Assembly: GCA_965234725.1 (NCBI GenBank) | Contig: CBDDUX010000002.1 | Location: 39,954 to 103,953 of the forward strand | Direction of reading: 5' to 3' | Origin: Thermoplasmatota archaeon | Lineage (GTDB): Archaea > Thermoplasmatota > Penumbrarchaeia > Penumbrarchaeales > Penumbrarchaeaceae | DNA length: 64,000 bases | Made by a program: the position numbers and the translations under genes | The notes under the pieces: generated by a model | What the model was told of the DNA's origin: nothing | Seen by the model: the letters and a program-made list of their open reading frames with translations, nothing else | The model's database searches: none | Shown: one piece after another, positions 1 through 8,840 of the stretch | How the letters are laid out: each line of letters begins with the position of its first letter | How positions within the stretch are numbered: position 1 is the stretch's first letter

Positions 1-30
1 TTTTAAATCGATCAGAAGATATGACCCTCT

Positions 31-672
31 ATGGAGATCGAGGTGGAGACCGAGGCAGGGATCATCGGTGTGGCTACAGCAAGCACTATCCTTGACAATG
101 TGAATATAAAAAGGTCCAGAAAGGAGGTTTTCGATATCCTCCAGATCGAACTTAGAAAGGAACTGAGAGAGCGGATAGGGAACCTAGAACGACTTAAGAT
201 GGACCCAACGATAAGAGCTCTCCGTAGTTTTTATTGGAAGATCGGGACAGATCCTACAAAGACGCGTCCATCCTCGGAGGCACTTGTCAGAAGGGTCCTG
301 CACAAAGGCCTACCCATGATCAACAATCTTGTGGATGCTGGAAACCTTGCATCGGCAAAGGATTTCGTACCAATAGGTCTCTACGATCTTTCCAAGATCA
401 AAGGCAGCCCTATGATCAGGTTATCTCGAGGTGGTGAAACCTTCCATGGTATCGGGGGGAGAGAGGAGAGATTAGAGTCTGGGATCCCAGTCATGGTTGA
501 TGATATTGGGATTATCCATCTCTACCCCCACAGGGACTGCTTTAGAACAAGGATAACCGAGGAAACTACAGATGTCCTTATGGTTGCCTGCGGTGTAAAG
601 GAGATGAAGGATCGGGTATTGAAAGAATCCCTTACAGATGTTGAGGAATTTTTTTCAGACCTGGAGGTGTGA
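31..672 (+). CDS. Stand-alone B3/4 (PheT-like tRNA-editing) domain protein
   Basis: Motifs 'IGTDPTKTRPSSEALVRR', 'INNLVDAGNLAS', 'PIGLYDL' are typical of free-standing B3/4 proteins. Confidence 0.85.
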   Translation: MEIEVETEAGIIGVATASTILDNVNIKRSRKEVFDILQIELRKELRERIGNLERLKMDPTIRALRSFYWKIGTDPTKTRPSSEALVRRVLHKGLPMINNLVDAGNLASAKDFVPIGLYDLSKIKGSPMIRLSRGGETFHGIGGREERLESGIPVMVDDIGIIHLYPHRDCFRTRITEETTDVLMVACGVKEMKDRVLKESLTDVEEFFSDLEV

Positions 673-675
673 ATT

Positions 676-1104
676 CTGAGCACTGTTCACATTTATACAG
701 ATGGAGGATCAAGGGGAAACCCTGGTCCCGCTGCAACCGCTTTCATGGCCCTGGTCATTGAAAATGGAAATGATAGGATACTCCGGAAAATGGCTAGAAG
801 GATAGGAAAAGCAACCAATAACCAGGCGGAATACAGGGCAATGATCATGGCCATGGAATGGGCATTGTCCAGGGGATTCAAAGATCTGGTACTCCACTCT
901 GATTCGGAACTTCTGGTTAAACAAGTATTGGGAGAATATTCCGTCAGATCCTCGAATGTCAAGGACCTCCATTCACGCTTAAAGGACCTGCTGGAGGGAG
1001 TTGAATACAGAATATTCCATCACAATAGAGAGGATGCCCATATTCAGGTCTGTGATGAAATGGTGAACAGGGTCCTTGATCAGGGATTGGCTCGCAGAAA
1101 ATAG
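676..1104 (+). CDS. rnhA: Ribonuclease HI (start extended to CTG 676; ORF track gave 745)
   Basis: In-frame upstream codons read LSTVHIYTDGGSRGNPGPAA, which contains the first catalytic Asp. Also TNNQAEY, HSDSEL and CDEMVN. SD GGAGGTG at 663-669. Confidence 0.85.
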   Translation: MSTVHIYTDGGSRGNPGPAATAFMALVIENGNDRILRKMARRIGKATNNQAEYRAMIMAMEWALSRGFKDLVLHSDSELLVKQVLGEYSVRSSNVKDLHSRLKDLLEGVEYRIFHHNREDAHIQVCDEMVNRVLDQGLARRK

Positions 1105-1109
1105 AGGAG

Positions 1110-1152
1110 AAACGAGGGGTTGTCACACTCGCGAACGAGGACCCCCTCGTTT
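1110..1152. terminator. Stem-loop between convergent genes (possible terminator or part of a small RNA)
   Basis: AAACGAGGGG (1110-1119) pairs with CCCCTCGTTT (1143-1152), with an inner CTCG-CGAA-CGAG hairpin. Confidence 0.45.
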
Positions 1153-1300
1153 GAACAAGGTGGGGCTAAGAAGAGAGGATTGAATGCGTGATGAACAAAA
1201 AATTCAACTTCCACCCTGTGTTTTCAAAGATCGAAATTTAGATATTTAACATTAATTGATGGGAGTCCGCCTGTATCGAAAATAGACCTATGAGTGAGAT

Positions 1301-1738
1301 TCAGCTCAGGATCCTGTTCTTTGCCCTCTGGAATTCGTGGTCTGTGAGGACCCCATTATTGTGAAGGTTCGTGAGAATCTCCAGTTCCCTAACGATCTCT
1401 GGGTCCCTGATCTTGCCAGATTCATGTTCTGGTCCGAGGCATTCTTCCAATCTATCCATTAGCTCGAAGACCAAACGCTTCACATGGGTATCCTGGTATG
1501 GGCCTATGCCCATATTTTCTCCTTCAAGATGAATAATGGATTCGTTTCCTCTTTCCCTTACCTCGACTCTCATTTCAGCGGGATTGAAGGGATCGAATCT
1601 ATATTTCTCTTTGAATTGTAAATGGGTTAGGTCTCTGTCCTGGAATAGAAGACCCATCTCCTCCAGTATGGACTGTCCGATCCTGAGGATCTCTCCTTTT
1701 GAAGCGTTAACACGAACATCTTGGGAGAATGTTGACAT
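1301..1738 (-). CDS. Hypothetical protein with C-terminal SHOCT domain
   Basis: C-terminus 'ELEILTNLHNNGVLTDHEFQRAKNRIL' fits the SHOCT pattern. Confidence 0.75.
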   Translation of the reverse strand: MSTFSQDVRVNASKGEILRIGQSILEEMGLLFQDRDLTHLQFKEKYRFDPFNPAEMRVEVRERGNESIIHLEGENMGIGPYQDTHVKRLVFELMDRLEECLGPEHESGKIRDPEIVRELEILTNLHNNGVLTDHEFQRAKNRILS

Positions 1739-1825
1739 CGATCCCCTTCCTTAACGGGGGGTCATTATCGATTACCATTATAATGTTTATACAGAGGAGT
1801 ATGAAAGTAAGGCAAATAATAGGGA

Positions 1826-2113
1826 TCAGGAGCCCAAAATGAATATGAATGGTAGTCCGAACAAGAAAATGATGAAAACTATCGATAATATTCCAATGAT
1901 AAGGAAGGTCACACCTCTGATCACACCTATCCAGAAACCTGCAAGGGCCAATGTCTCTCCACCATAGGTAAGAGGATCCTCCTTGATCTTGTTCAATTGG
2001 ATCCTTCCTGTTATGATCGCCAGGACCGACATTGAAAAGGGCATCATGACGAAACCAACAAGTGCCGTTATCAATGAGATAATAGCCAGGGTCTGATCCT
2101 TTCCTTCTTCCAT
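1826..2113 (-). CDS. Small membrane protein, DUF4190-like
   Basis: 'LAIISLI...LAIITGRIQLNKIK...GGETLALAGFWIG' two-helix pattern. Confidence 0.7.
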   Translation of the reverse strand: MEEGKDQTLAIISLITALVGFVMMPFSMSVLAIITGRIQLNKIKEDPLTYGGETLALAGFWIGVIRGVTFLIIGILSIVFIIFLFGLPFIFILGS

Positions 2114-2164
2114 ACTATCAGTTGTCCATTACGGAGGTCGGAGTATCTGAAGGTTTCCGCTACT

Positions 2165-5100
2165 TCAGAGAATTTTAATGATCAATGATCCCATGTCCAG
2201 CTTCCATTCGGTTCCCTCTACTGATACATCGATCTCCAGTGTATCTGCAAGGGTCTCATGGATGATATAATCCCTGAAAGCTTCAACTCCTTTGAGGATC
2301 TGAGGATCGCCATGGAGGGAGATGGATATTCTGGCATCGTATTCCAGGTCCATGTCCTTCCTCATTGTCTGGATCCTTCTGACGACCTCCCTGGCTACTC
2401 CTTCATTGATCAGGTCGGCGGTCAGTTCCAGGTCCAGGATCACCTCCAGGTCACCTTCTCCGCCAAGCGACCACCTCTCACCTAAAACCTCGTGGAATCT
2501 GAAATCCTCCTCTGTGAGATGATAGCTCTCACCTTCGACCTCAACGTCGATCCCTGTCTCCTTAACCACTTTTGCCAAATCCCTGGAGTCCATCTCTTTA
2601 AGCTGTTCCGTTACTTTTCTGGATGCAGCTTTCAACTTTGGTCCCACCTTCTTCGGATCAGGTTCCGCTGTTATCTCGAAATAAGCCGAGAGGTCATTCT
2701 CGAAGATGACCTCCTTTACATTGAGCTCGGATCTGATTATCGAGATAAGCCCTTCGCTGAAAGGTTCGGATCCCTTCACGACCGCTCGAGAGAGAGGCTG
2801 TCTGATCTTTGAATTCTTGGAACTTCTGGAAGATCTTCCCAGCTCCACTACCTGTTTGAGGAGCTCCATTTTCTCTTCAAGTTCATTATCCCGTAATCTT
2901 TCATCAACCAGGGGATAGTCCTCGAAATGGACAGAATCCTTACTATTGTCAAATCCCAGGTCCTGATAGACCTTCTCCGAGTGGAATGGAACAAAGGGGG
3001 CGGCAAGCTTGGAAACGGTAAGCAGGCTTTCGGCCAATGTGTCATATGCTGTCCTCTTTTCCATGGAATCCTCACTTCCCCAGAACCGTCTCCTGTTCAC
3101 CCTGACATACCAGTTCGAGAGGTCCTCTATAACGAAGTATTTGATCGCCTGGGATGATCCGGTAAGATCAAAGTCCATCATCATCCGATCCACATCTTTG
3201 ACAAGGGAATTTAGTCTGGAGAGAAGCCATCTATCCACATCTGACCTCTGGCTAGGATCAGTTCTTTCAATTGGTTTATAACCATCAAGTCCAGCATAGG
3301 TCCTGTAGAAGCCGAGAACATTCCTGAGGGTTCCCAGGAAGGACCTGTTGACCTCGTTAACAGCTTCTTGTGAGAACAGCTTCGGTTTCCACGGCTGGGA
3401 GGAAGCCAGCAGATACCATCTGATGGCATCAGCACCGTCCTTGCCGATCACATCCCAGGGATCGATGACATTACCCTTGGATTTCGACATCTTCTTTCCT
3501 TCTCCATCCAGGACAAGGGCATGGCAGATAACGTTCTTGTAAGAGGGACCGTCGAATACTGCGGTTGAAACAGCAAGAAGAGAATAGAACCAGCCTCTTG
3601 TCTGGTCGATCCCTTCTGCGATGAAATCGCGGGGGAATTGCCTCTTGAACTCTTCCACGTTCTCGAAGGGATAGTGAAGTGCGGCAAAGAAAGAGGATCC
3701 CGAATCATACCAGCAGTCAATGACGTAATTGACCCTTTTCATTTCCTCTCCGCATTCTTTGCAGGGGAAGATTATCTGGTCCACATAAGGTCTGTGAAGT
3801 TCGGGAATATCGTCAGATCCTGTAAGTTCCTTTATTTCCTCTCTAGATCCTATCACATGCTCGTGTCCGTTCGAGCATCTCCACATGGGAAGAGGGGTTC
3901 CCCAGTATCTTTCCCTGGAAAGGTTCCAGTCCTTAACCTCCTCTAGGAAGTTCCCGAACCTGCCGTTCTTGATGTTCGATGGATACCAGTTGATCTGCGC
4001 ATTATTATCCATCAACTCCTTCCGGAGACGGGACATCCTAACGAAGATCGATTTTCTTGCGTAGTATAGAAGGGGAGTATCGCATCTCCAGCAGAATGGA
4101 TATTGGTGGGCATAGTTATGAATACCTTCCAGAAGCCCCCTCTTGTCAAGGTCCTTGATTATTTCCGGGTCAGCATCCTTGACGAAGGTCCCCTTCCAAG
4201 GAGTCACTTCATCTTTGAAGGTCCCGTTGGGATGGACCGCTTGGATGAATGGAAGGTCGTACTGTATACCAACCTGGAAGTCGTCCTCTCCAAAAGCGGG
4301 GGCAATATGCACGATCCCGGTCCCGTCCTCCATTGTAACGAAATTTGCTGTCGTGACAAAATATCCTGGTTTATCCGGTTTCATGAAATCGAAGAGGGGA
4401 TGATATTTCAATCCTTCCAGATCCGACCCCATTATCCTCTGGAGGACCTCGTACTGGTCCTCCTTGAGCAGAACCTTTGCCCTTGCCTCTGCAAGGATTA
4501 TATCCTGGCCCTTGTATTTGATCCTCAGGTAGAACTCGTCGGGATGGACCGCTAAAGCGACATTAGAAAGAAGCGTCCATGGAGTTGTGGTCCAGGCAAG
4601 GAGGTAGGTGTTCTCCTGTGTGGCCACCTTGAACTTGATAAATATGGACGGTTCCTCCACTTCTCTGTAACCTTGAGCGACTTCATGTGAGGAAAGGGAT
4701 GTTCCACACCTTGGGCAGAAGGGAACGATCTGATGTCCCTCCTCCAGCAGTCCCTTCTTCCATATCTCCTTTAGTGACCACCATACGGATTCTATGTAAG
4801 AGTCCTTCATGGTGATGTAAGGGTCCTCAAGGTCCAGGACATACCCGATCCTTTCAGTCATCTTTGACCAGTGGTCGATGTAAGTGAAAACCGAACTCCT
4901 GCATTCCTTGATGAAAGGTTCAATTCCGTATTCCTCTATCTGGTCCTTGTTCTCGATGCCAAGTTTTTTTTCAACCGCCAGTTCCACGGGGAGTCCATGG
5001 CAGTCCCAACCCCCCATTCTCGGAACGAAGAAACCTTTCATGTTACGGTGTCTGTCCACAGCATCCTTGATGGTCCTTGCGAAGATATGGTGGACTCCCG

Positions 5101-5272
5101 GAGGTGCATTTGCAGTGGGAGGTCCTTCGAGGAATCTGAAATATTCTTTCCCTTCATTGTGACGGAGGAGCCTTCTAATTATATCGAGGTCTCTCCAGCG
5201 TGCTAGCACCTCCTCTTCGAGGGCGACCGAATCACTGAGCTGGGTCTGACCTTCACTATCATCTTCGTTCAT
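2165..5272 (-). CDS. ileS: Isoleucyl-tRNA synthetase (type 2 / archaeal-eukaryotic-like)
   Basis: EGPPTAN, GWDCHGLPVE, WTTTPWTL, GTGIVHIAP, SRERYWGTP, EGIDQTRGWF, KMSKSKGN. The HIGH signature reads GVHH. Confidence 0.97.
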   Translation of the reverse strand: MNEDDSEGQTQLSDSVALEEEVLARWRDLDIIRRLLRHNEGKEYFRFLEGPPTANAPPGVHHIFARTIKDAVDRHRNMKGFFVPRMGGWDCHGLPVELAVEKKLGIENKDQIEEYGIEPFIKECRSSVFTYIDHWSKMTERIGYVLDLEDPYITMKDSYIESVWWSLKEIWKKGLLEEGHQIVPFCPRCGTSLSSHEVAQGYREVEEPSIFIKFKVATQENTYLLAWTTTPWTLLSNVALAVHPDEFYLRIKYKGQDIILAEARAKVLLKEDQYEVLQRIMGSDLEGLKYHPLFDFMKPDKPGYFVTTANFVTMEDGTGIVHIAPAFGEDDFQVGIQYDLPFIQAVHPNGTFKDEVTPWKGTFVKDADPEIIKDLDKRGLLEGIHNYAHQYPFCWRCDTPLLYYARKSIFVRMSRLRKELMDNNAQINWYPSNIKNGRFGNFLEEVKDWNLSRERYWGTPLPMWRCSNGHEHVIGSREEIKELTGSDDIPELHRPYVDQIIFPCKECGEEMKRVNYVIDCWYDSGSSFFAALHYPFENVEEFKRQFPRDFIAEGIDQTRGWFYSLLAVSTAVFDGPSYKNVICHALVLDGEGKKMSKSKGNVIDPWDVIGKDGADAIRWYLLASSQPWKPKLFSQEAVNEVNRSFLGTLRNVLGFYRTYAGLDGYKPIERTDPSQRSDVDRWLLSRLNSLVKDVDRMMMDFDLTGSSQAIKYFVIEDLSNWYVRVNRRRFWGSEDSMEKRTAYDTLAESLLTVSKLAAPFVPFHSEKVYQDLGFDNSKDSVHFEDYPLVDERLRDNELEEKMELLKQVVELGRSSRSSKNSKIRQPLSRAVVKGSEPFSEGLISIIRSELNVKEVIFENDLSAYFEITAEPDPKKVGPKLKAASRKVTEQLKEMDSRDLAKVVKETGIDVEVEGESYHLTEEDFRFHEVLGERWSLGGEGDLEVILDLELTADLINEGVAREVVRRIQTMRKDMDLEYDARISISLHGDPQILKGVEAFRDYIIHETLADTLEIDVSVEGTEWKLDMGSLIIKIL

Positions 5273-5422
5273 GGGCTTTTCCTCCGTTATTGTACAAAGA
5301 ACACGGGGAGAAAGTAGGTATCATATTTAACTGCTTATCACGCCTGGTCCTCCTCTGATGTTGGGGATAAAGAATTTAAACGAAAGGAACATCCGAAATT
5401 AAATCAGAAGGAGATTGACCAA

Positions 5423-5842
5423 ATGGCTTACAGCAGGGTTGTAGAGGGTCTTGCACTCGCGGGAATGACGGACAGCGGACACATGGTCCCCATGGATACC
5501 AAGAAGGAATCGGGAGGACTTGAATCGGCACCCACTCCCATGGAACTAGTCCTTCAGGCGCTGATCGGATGTACACAGATGGATGTGGTCTCCATTCTGC
5601 AAAAGATGAAGGTTCAATACGACGAGTTCATTGTATCTGAAAGCCATGAGAGGTCGGAAGAGCATCCTAAGGTATACACGAAGATACATCTCACTTACAG
5701 TTTCAAAGGAGAAGGAATGGATGTCGAGAAGGTTAAGAAGGCAGTAAAGCTCTCGAAAGAGAGATACTGCGGTGTGTCTGCCATGCTTTCCAAAACCGCC
5801 GAAATCACCAATGAAATTATGATAAACGAAATTAAAACCTAA
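5423..5842 (+). CDS. OsmC/YhfA family protein
   Basis: 'PTPMELVLQALIGCTQMDV' and 'ERYCGVSAML' carry the two conserved Cys. Confidence 0.9.
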   Translation: MAYSRVVEGLALAGMTDSGHMVPMDTKKESGGLESAPTPMELVLQALIGCTQMDVVSILQKMKVQYDEFIVSESHERSEEHPKVYTKIHLTYSFKGEGMDVEKVKKAVKLSKERYCGVSAMLSKTAEITNEIMINEIKT

Positions 5843-5897
5843 TTTTTTTCACTTGTGAAGAAAAGCATCTAATATTCGCTTTGGATATGAAAATGGG

Positions 5898-6731
5898 ATG
5901 AGAAAGAGTGTTGTTCTAATTGGAACATCAATCTTGTTCCTATTACTTGTAATATCGATCCTGTCATACACTATAATATCCTTCGAGAAAGAAAACAGTA
6001 GTGGGAGTACTGCGCATCTTGAGATCGGGATCGATCTCGCAGAGTACATGGAAGATTATGATATCCAGGTCAATATCACCAATACCGGTAATAGTAGTTT
6101 CAAAATTGATGATGAGGATCCAGCAATGATAAACATCAATGTTTCCAGAATGGATGGTATTGTGATCTGGTCCGATACATCGAAGGTAAGCTTGGTCGGT
6201 ACTGAATCCATCGAGCCCGAGGGATTTATTACACATCATTTTTATTTGAATACAGAATGGAATATGATTAATCGAACCACATCCCTCCCATACGGTCATT
6301 ACCTCCTAAAGGTCGAGGTAATCACTGCCGAAGAGTCATATCGAAATTCTACCGGGTTCAATCACACTCCGTTGGTGGATATGGAAATTTCCGGTGAAAC
6401 TGTGGATGGGAAGGGACTTGCTATTGTATCATACACCAATACTCGGGATTATTCTCTCAACTTCTCCATTTCATCTCCCCCATTGACCTTTATTGACATC
6501 TATGATGTTGAGGATAGAAGGATCGGTGGTTCTGGTGACGGTTATATTCAAGTGGTAGTAGAATACAATATCCACCCTGGAAGAACGATCTATAGTAATA
6601 TTACATTTATCAATGATTACTGGCATGACAAGTTGACCTCCGGTACCTACCGGATCGAAGCCAGTTGCATGGCATTCCCCATTCATGTGGAAGAATGGGT
6701 TTTCTTCGAAGGATATGAACTCAAGGAATAA
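5898..6731 (+). CDS. Secreted or anchored protein with two Ig-like beta-sandwich (BsuPI-like) repeats
   Basis: N-terminal hydrophobic helix; two 'TNT...G.Y' beta-rich units. Family call is tentative. Confidence 0.5.
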   Translation: MRKSVVLIGTSILFLLLVISILSYTIISFEKENSSGSTAHLEIGIDLAEYMEDYDIQVNITNTGNSSFKIDDEDPAMININVSRMDGIVIWSDTSKVSLVGTESIEPEGFITHHFYLNTEWNMINRTTSLPYGHYLLKVEVITAEESYRNSTGFNHTPLVDMEISGETVDGKGLAIVSYTNTRDYSLNFSISSPPLTFIDIYDVEDRRIGGSGDGYIQVVVEYNIHPGRTIYSNITFINDYWHDKLTSGTYRIEASCMAFPIHVEEWVFFEGYELKE

Positions 6732-7268
6732 TTAATGAGAATTATTCTTGATTTTATTTTCAACTCCTTTTTCATCATTGATTTTGAATCTGCTATCAGA
6801 TTCCATGGAATCGAACCTTTCAAGCTTCCTCCCTACCCAACCGGTCCTTACCTCCTCCCCCTCCCCGACCATTGGAAAATACGATTTAATATCGAGAACC
6901 GGAGTTCCATCGATCATATCCAGGTCCTTGATATGGAGAATATTTCCTTCTATCTTTTCAAGCCTTACAACATGTAATCCTATGGGATTTGGTCTTCTTG
7001 GAGCCCTTGTCGAGAAAACGCCTCTTACCACATCATCAAGGAAAGGGACGACCTTCAGATCATATCCACTGCTCCTGTGAAGATGACAAAGAAGGAGGAT
7101 ATGGGAAAAGCCCTCGAGGTCTGAAAGACCCCCAACGAATTCATCAAGGACCTCCACCTTTCCCTCGATCCCTTTTCCTCCTCTGTTCTGGATAGGCATT
7201 CCGGAAGGGTCCTTGAATGGAGACCTGACATATCCGATCGGAGAGTATTCGATATCCATCCTAATCAC
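6732..7268 (-). CDS. trmO: tRNA m6t6A37 methyltransferase TrmO/TsaA family
   Basis: 'PIGYVRSPF', 'GVFSTRAPRRPNPIGL', 'LDMIDGTPVLDIK'. Start overlaps the padR stop (ATGA). Confidence 0.9.
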   Translation of the reverse strand: MIRMDIEYSPIGYVRSPFKDPSGMPIQNRGGKGIEGKVEVLDEFVGGLSDLEGFSHILLLCHLHRSSGYDLKVVPFLDDVVRGVFSTRAPRRPNPIGLHVVRLEKIEGNILHIKDLDMIDGTPVLDIKSYFPMVGEGEEVRTGWVGRKLERFDSMESDSRFKINDEKGVENKIKNNSH

Positions 7269-7642
7269 TCACAATGACAGTTCCTTCCATCCTGGGGATG
7301 TTCATGATCTGGGTTGCATCTGCAGGCTTTCTTCATTTCATCAATGTCGAAGAAAATGGAGAAGAAATTGTCCAGAGACCTATCCAGCTCCTCTTTTCCA
7401 GCTTCTGTCAGGGTGTATCTCTTCTCATTATCCACCTTCAGAAGTCCTCTGAATGTCATCATTTTAAGGACCGGATATATGGTTCCAGGACTGGGCATGT
7501 GGCCTTTTCTTTCCTCCAGCTCCCTGGCGATCTCCATCCCCGTTTTAGGCTCTTTCCTTAGACTCCAAAGAACAATGAAGCTCAGGAAACCCTTCATCAT
7601 ATGGGGATGGTGGTGCCCGTGCATGTGGAGGTATCGGATCAT
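7265..7642 (-). CDS. PadR-family regulator with His-rich N-terminus and Cys/His-rich C-terminus
   Basis: 'MMKGFLSFIVLWSL...GMEIARELE...PSPGTIYPVLK...YTLTEAGKEEL'. Confidence 0.9.
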   Translation of the reverse strand: MIRYLHMHGHHHPHMMKGFLSFIVLWSLRKEPKTGMEIARELEERKGHMPSPGTIYPVLKMMTFRGLLKVDNEKRYTLTEAGKEELDRSLDNFFSIFFDIDEMKKACRCNPDHEHPQDGRNCHCE

Positions 7643-7744
7643 CGATATTTAACGGCTGGGAATCAATTACTATCGCAAATCCGATAGATTGAAATAGAAG
7701 TATCGCATTTCCGATATTGGAAATACGATATCGTATTCCCGACA
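7632..7744. promoter_or_regulatory. Five TATCG-N6-CGATA palindromes, probable PadR operators
   Basis: Exact copies at 7632-7647, 7671-7686 and 7701-7716; one-mismatch copies at 7715-7730 and 7729-7744. Confidence 0.75.
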
Positions 7745-7984
7745 ATGGAGGAAATCAATATGCACGGACACCACGGATGTAAAGGGTTCCATGGAATGGG
7801 ACCTCACGAAGATATGATGATGATGGGTATGAGAATGCATGGAATGGACCACCACCCGGAACATTGTGGAAGACATTTCTTTTCAAAGGAGGAGAAGATC
7901 GATCTACTTGAGAAGTACGGGGAATGGCTCGAAAAGGAGTCAAAGGGCGTAGGAGAAATGCTAGAAGATCTAAAGAAAAAGTAA
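7745..7984 (+). CDS. Small His/Met/Cys-rich protein with C-terminal coiled coil (DUF5320-like)
   Basis: 'HGHHGCKGFHGMGPHEDMMMMGMRMHGMDHHPEHC' followed by 'RHFFSKEEKIDLLEKY...LEKE'. Divergent from padR. Confidence 0.7.
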   Translation: MEEINMHGHHGCKGFHGMGPHEDMMMMGMRMHGMDHHPEHCGRHFFSKEEKIDLLEKYGEWLEKESKGVGEMLEDLKKK

Positions 7985-8083
7985 TTGTCAATTTCAATCA
8001 AAGTTACCTTACCTTGTAATTGAACTTCTTGTCCTATACATGTATCAATATCCTTTATTAACATAGAGTTTCTAGACCTGGTT

Positions 8084-8839
8084 ATGCCTTCTCCTTTCAA
8101 GGAATTGAACCTTCCCGAAATTCAGAGGAAGAAATCAACCAGAGAAGAAATGCCCGATAAGGATGATGTGATATGGGCCAGGGAGCTGATCAAGGTCTAT
8201 TCCTCTGGAGAACTTGAGGTGACGGCACTTAGAGGAGTGGATATTACCATCAAGAGAGGTGAGGTAGTGGCCATCGTAGGGCCCTCTGGATGTGGGAAGA
8301 CAACTCTCCTCAACATCTTCGGGGCCCTGGACACTCCAACCGCGGGCAGGATCTATGTCGATGGAAGCGACCTGAAGAAGATGGGAGAGAAGAAGCTTTC
8401 AACCTTCAGGAGGGAGAAGATAGGTTTCATTTTCCAGAATTTCAATCTTATCAACACTTTGACTGCCAGAGAGAATATTGAGCTCCCCATGAGGATCAAC
8501 GGGATCAACTCTTCGGCCATCAAGGAGAGGGCCGACGATCTTTTGAAAGCGGTAGGGTTGAAGGATAGGCAGGGACACAGACCCGACCAGCTTTCCGGAG
8601 GTGAGCAGCAGAGGGTAGCATTTGCGGTGGCATTGGGAAATGATCCCGAGATAATCCTCGCAGACGAACCTACCGGTGAACTGGATTCAGAGACCGGAAA
8701 GGAGATAATGACAATTTTTCGGGAACTCTCAAAGCAGATGGGAAAGACCGAGATAATCGTCACCCACGACAGCCGGATTTCCCAGATGGCAGACAGGACC
8801 CTCAGGATCATTGATGGAAGGATAGTATCGGAGGAATGA
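8084..8839 (+). CDS. ABC transporter ATP-binding protein (MacB/LolD-like)
   Basis: GPSGCGKT, IGFIFQNFNL, LSGGEQQR, ILADEPTGELD, VTHD. Confidence 0.95.
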   Translation: MPSPFKELNLPEIQRKKSTREEMPDKDDVIWARELIKVYSSGELEVTALRGVDITIKRGEVVAIVGPSGCGKTTLLNIFGALDTPTAGRIYVDGSDLKKMGEKKLSTFRREKIGFIFQNFNLINTLTARENIELPMRINGINSSAIKERADDLLKAVGLKDRQGHRPDQLSGGEQQRVAFAVALGNDPEIILADEPTGELDSETGKEIMTIFRELSKQMGKTEIIVTHDSRISQMADRTLRIIDGRIVSEE

Positions 8840-8840
8840 A

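Noticed and set aside
670-672. Selenocysteine recoding of the TGA between the B3/4 gene and rnhA
   Set aside because: The position is an inter-domain junction, not a Cys-equivalent site, and I recognised no SECIS.
1188-1250. C/D box guide RNA starting at GTGATGA
   Set aside because: No CTGA D box at a suitable distance.
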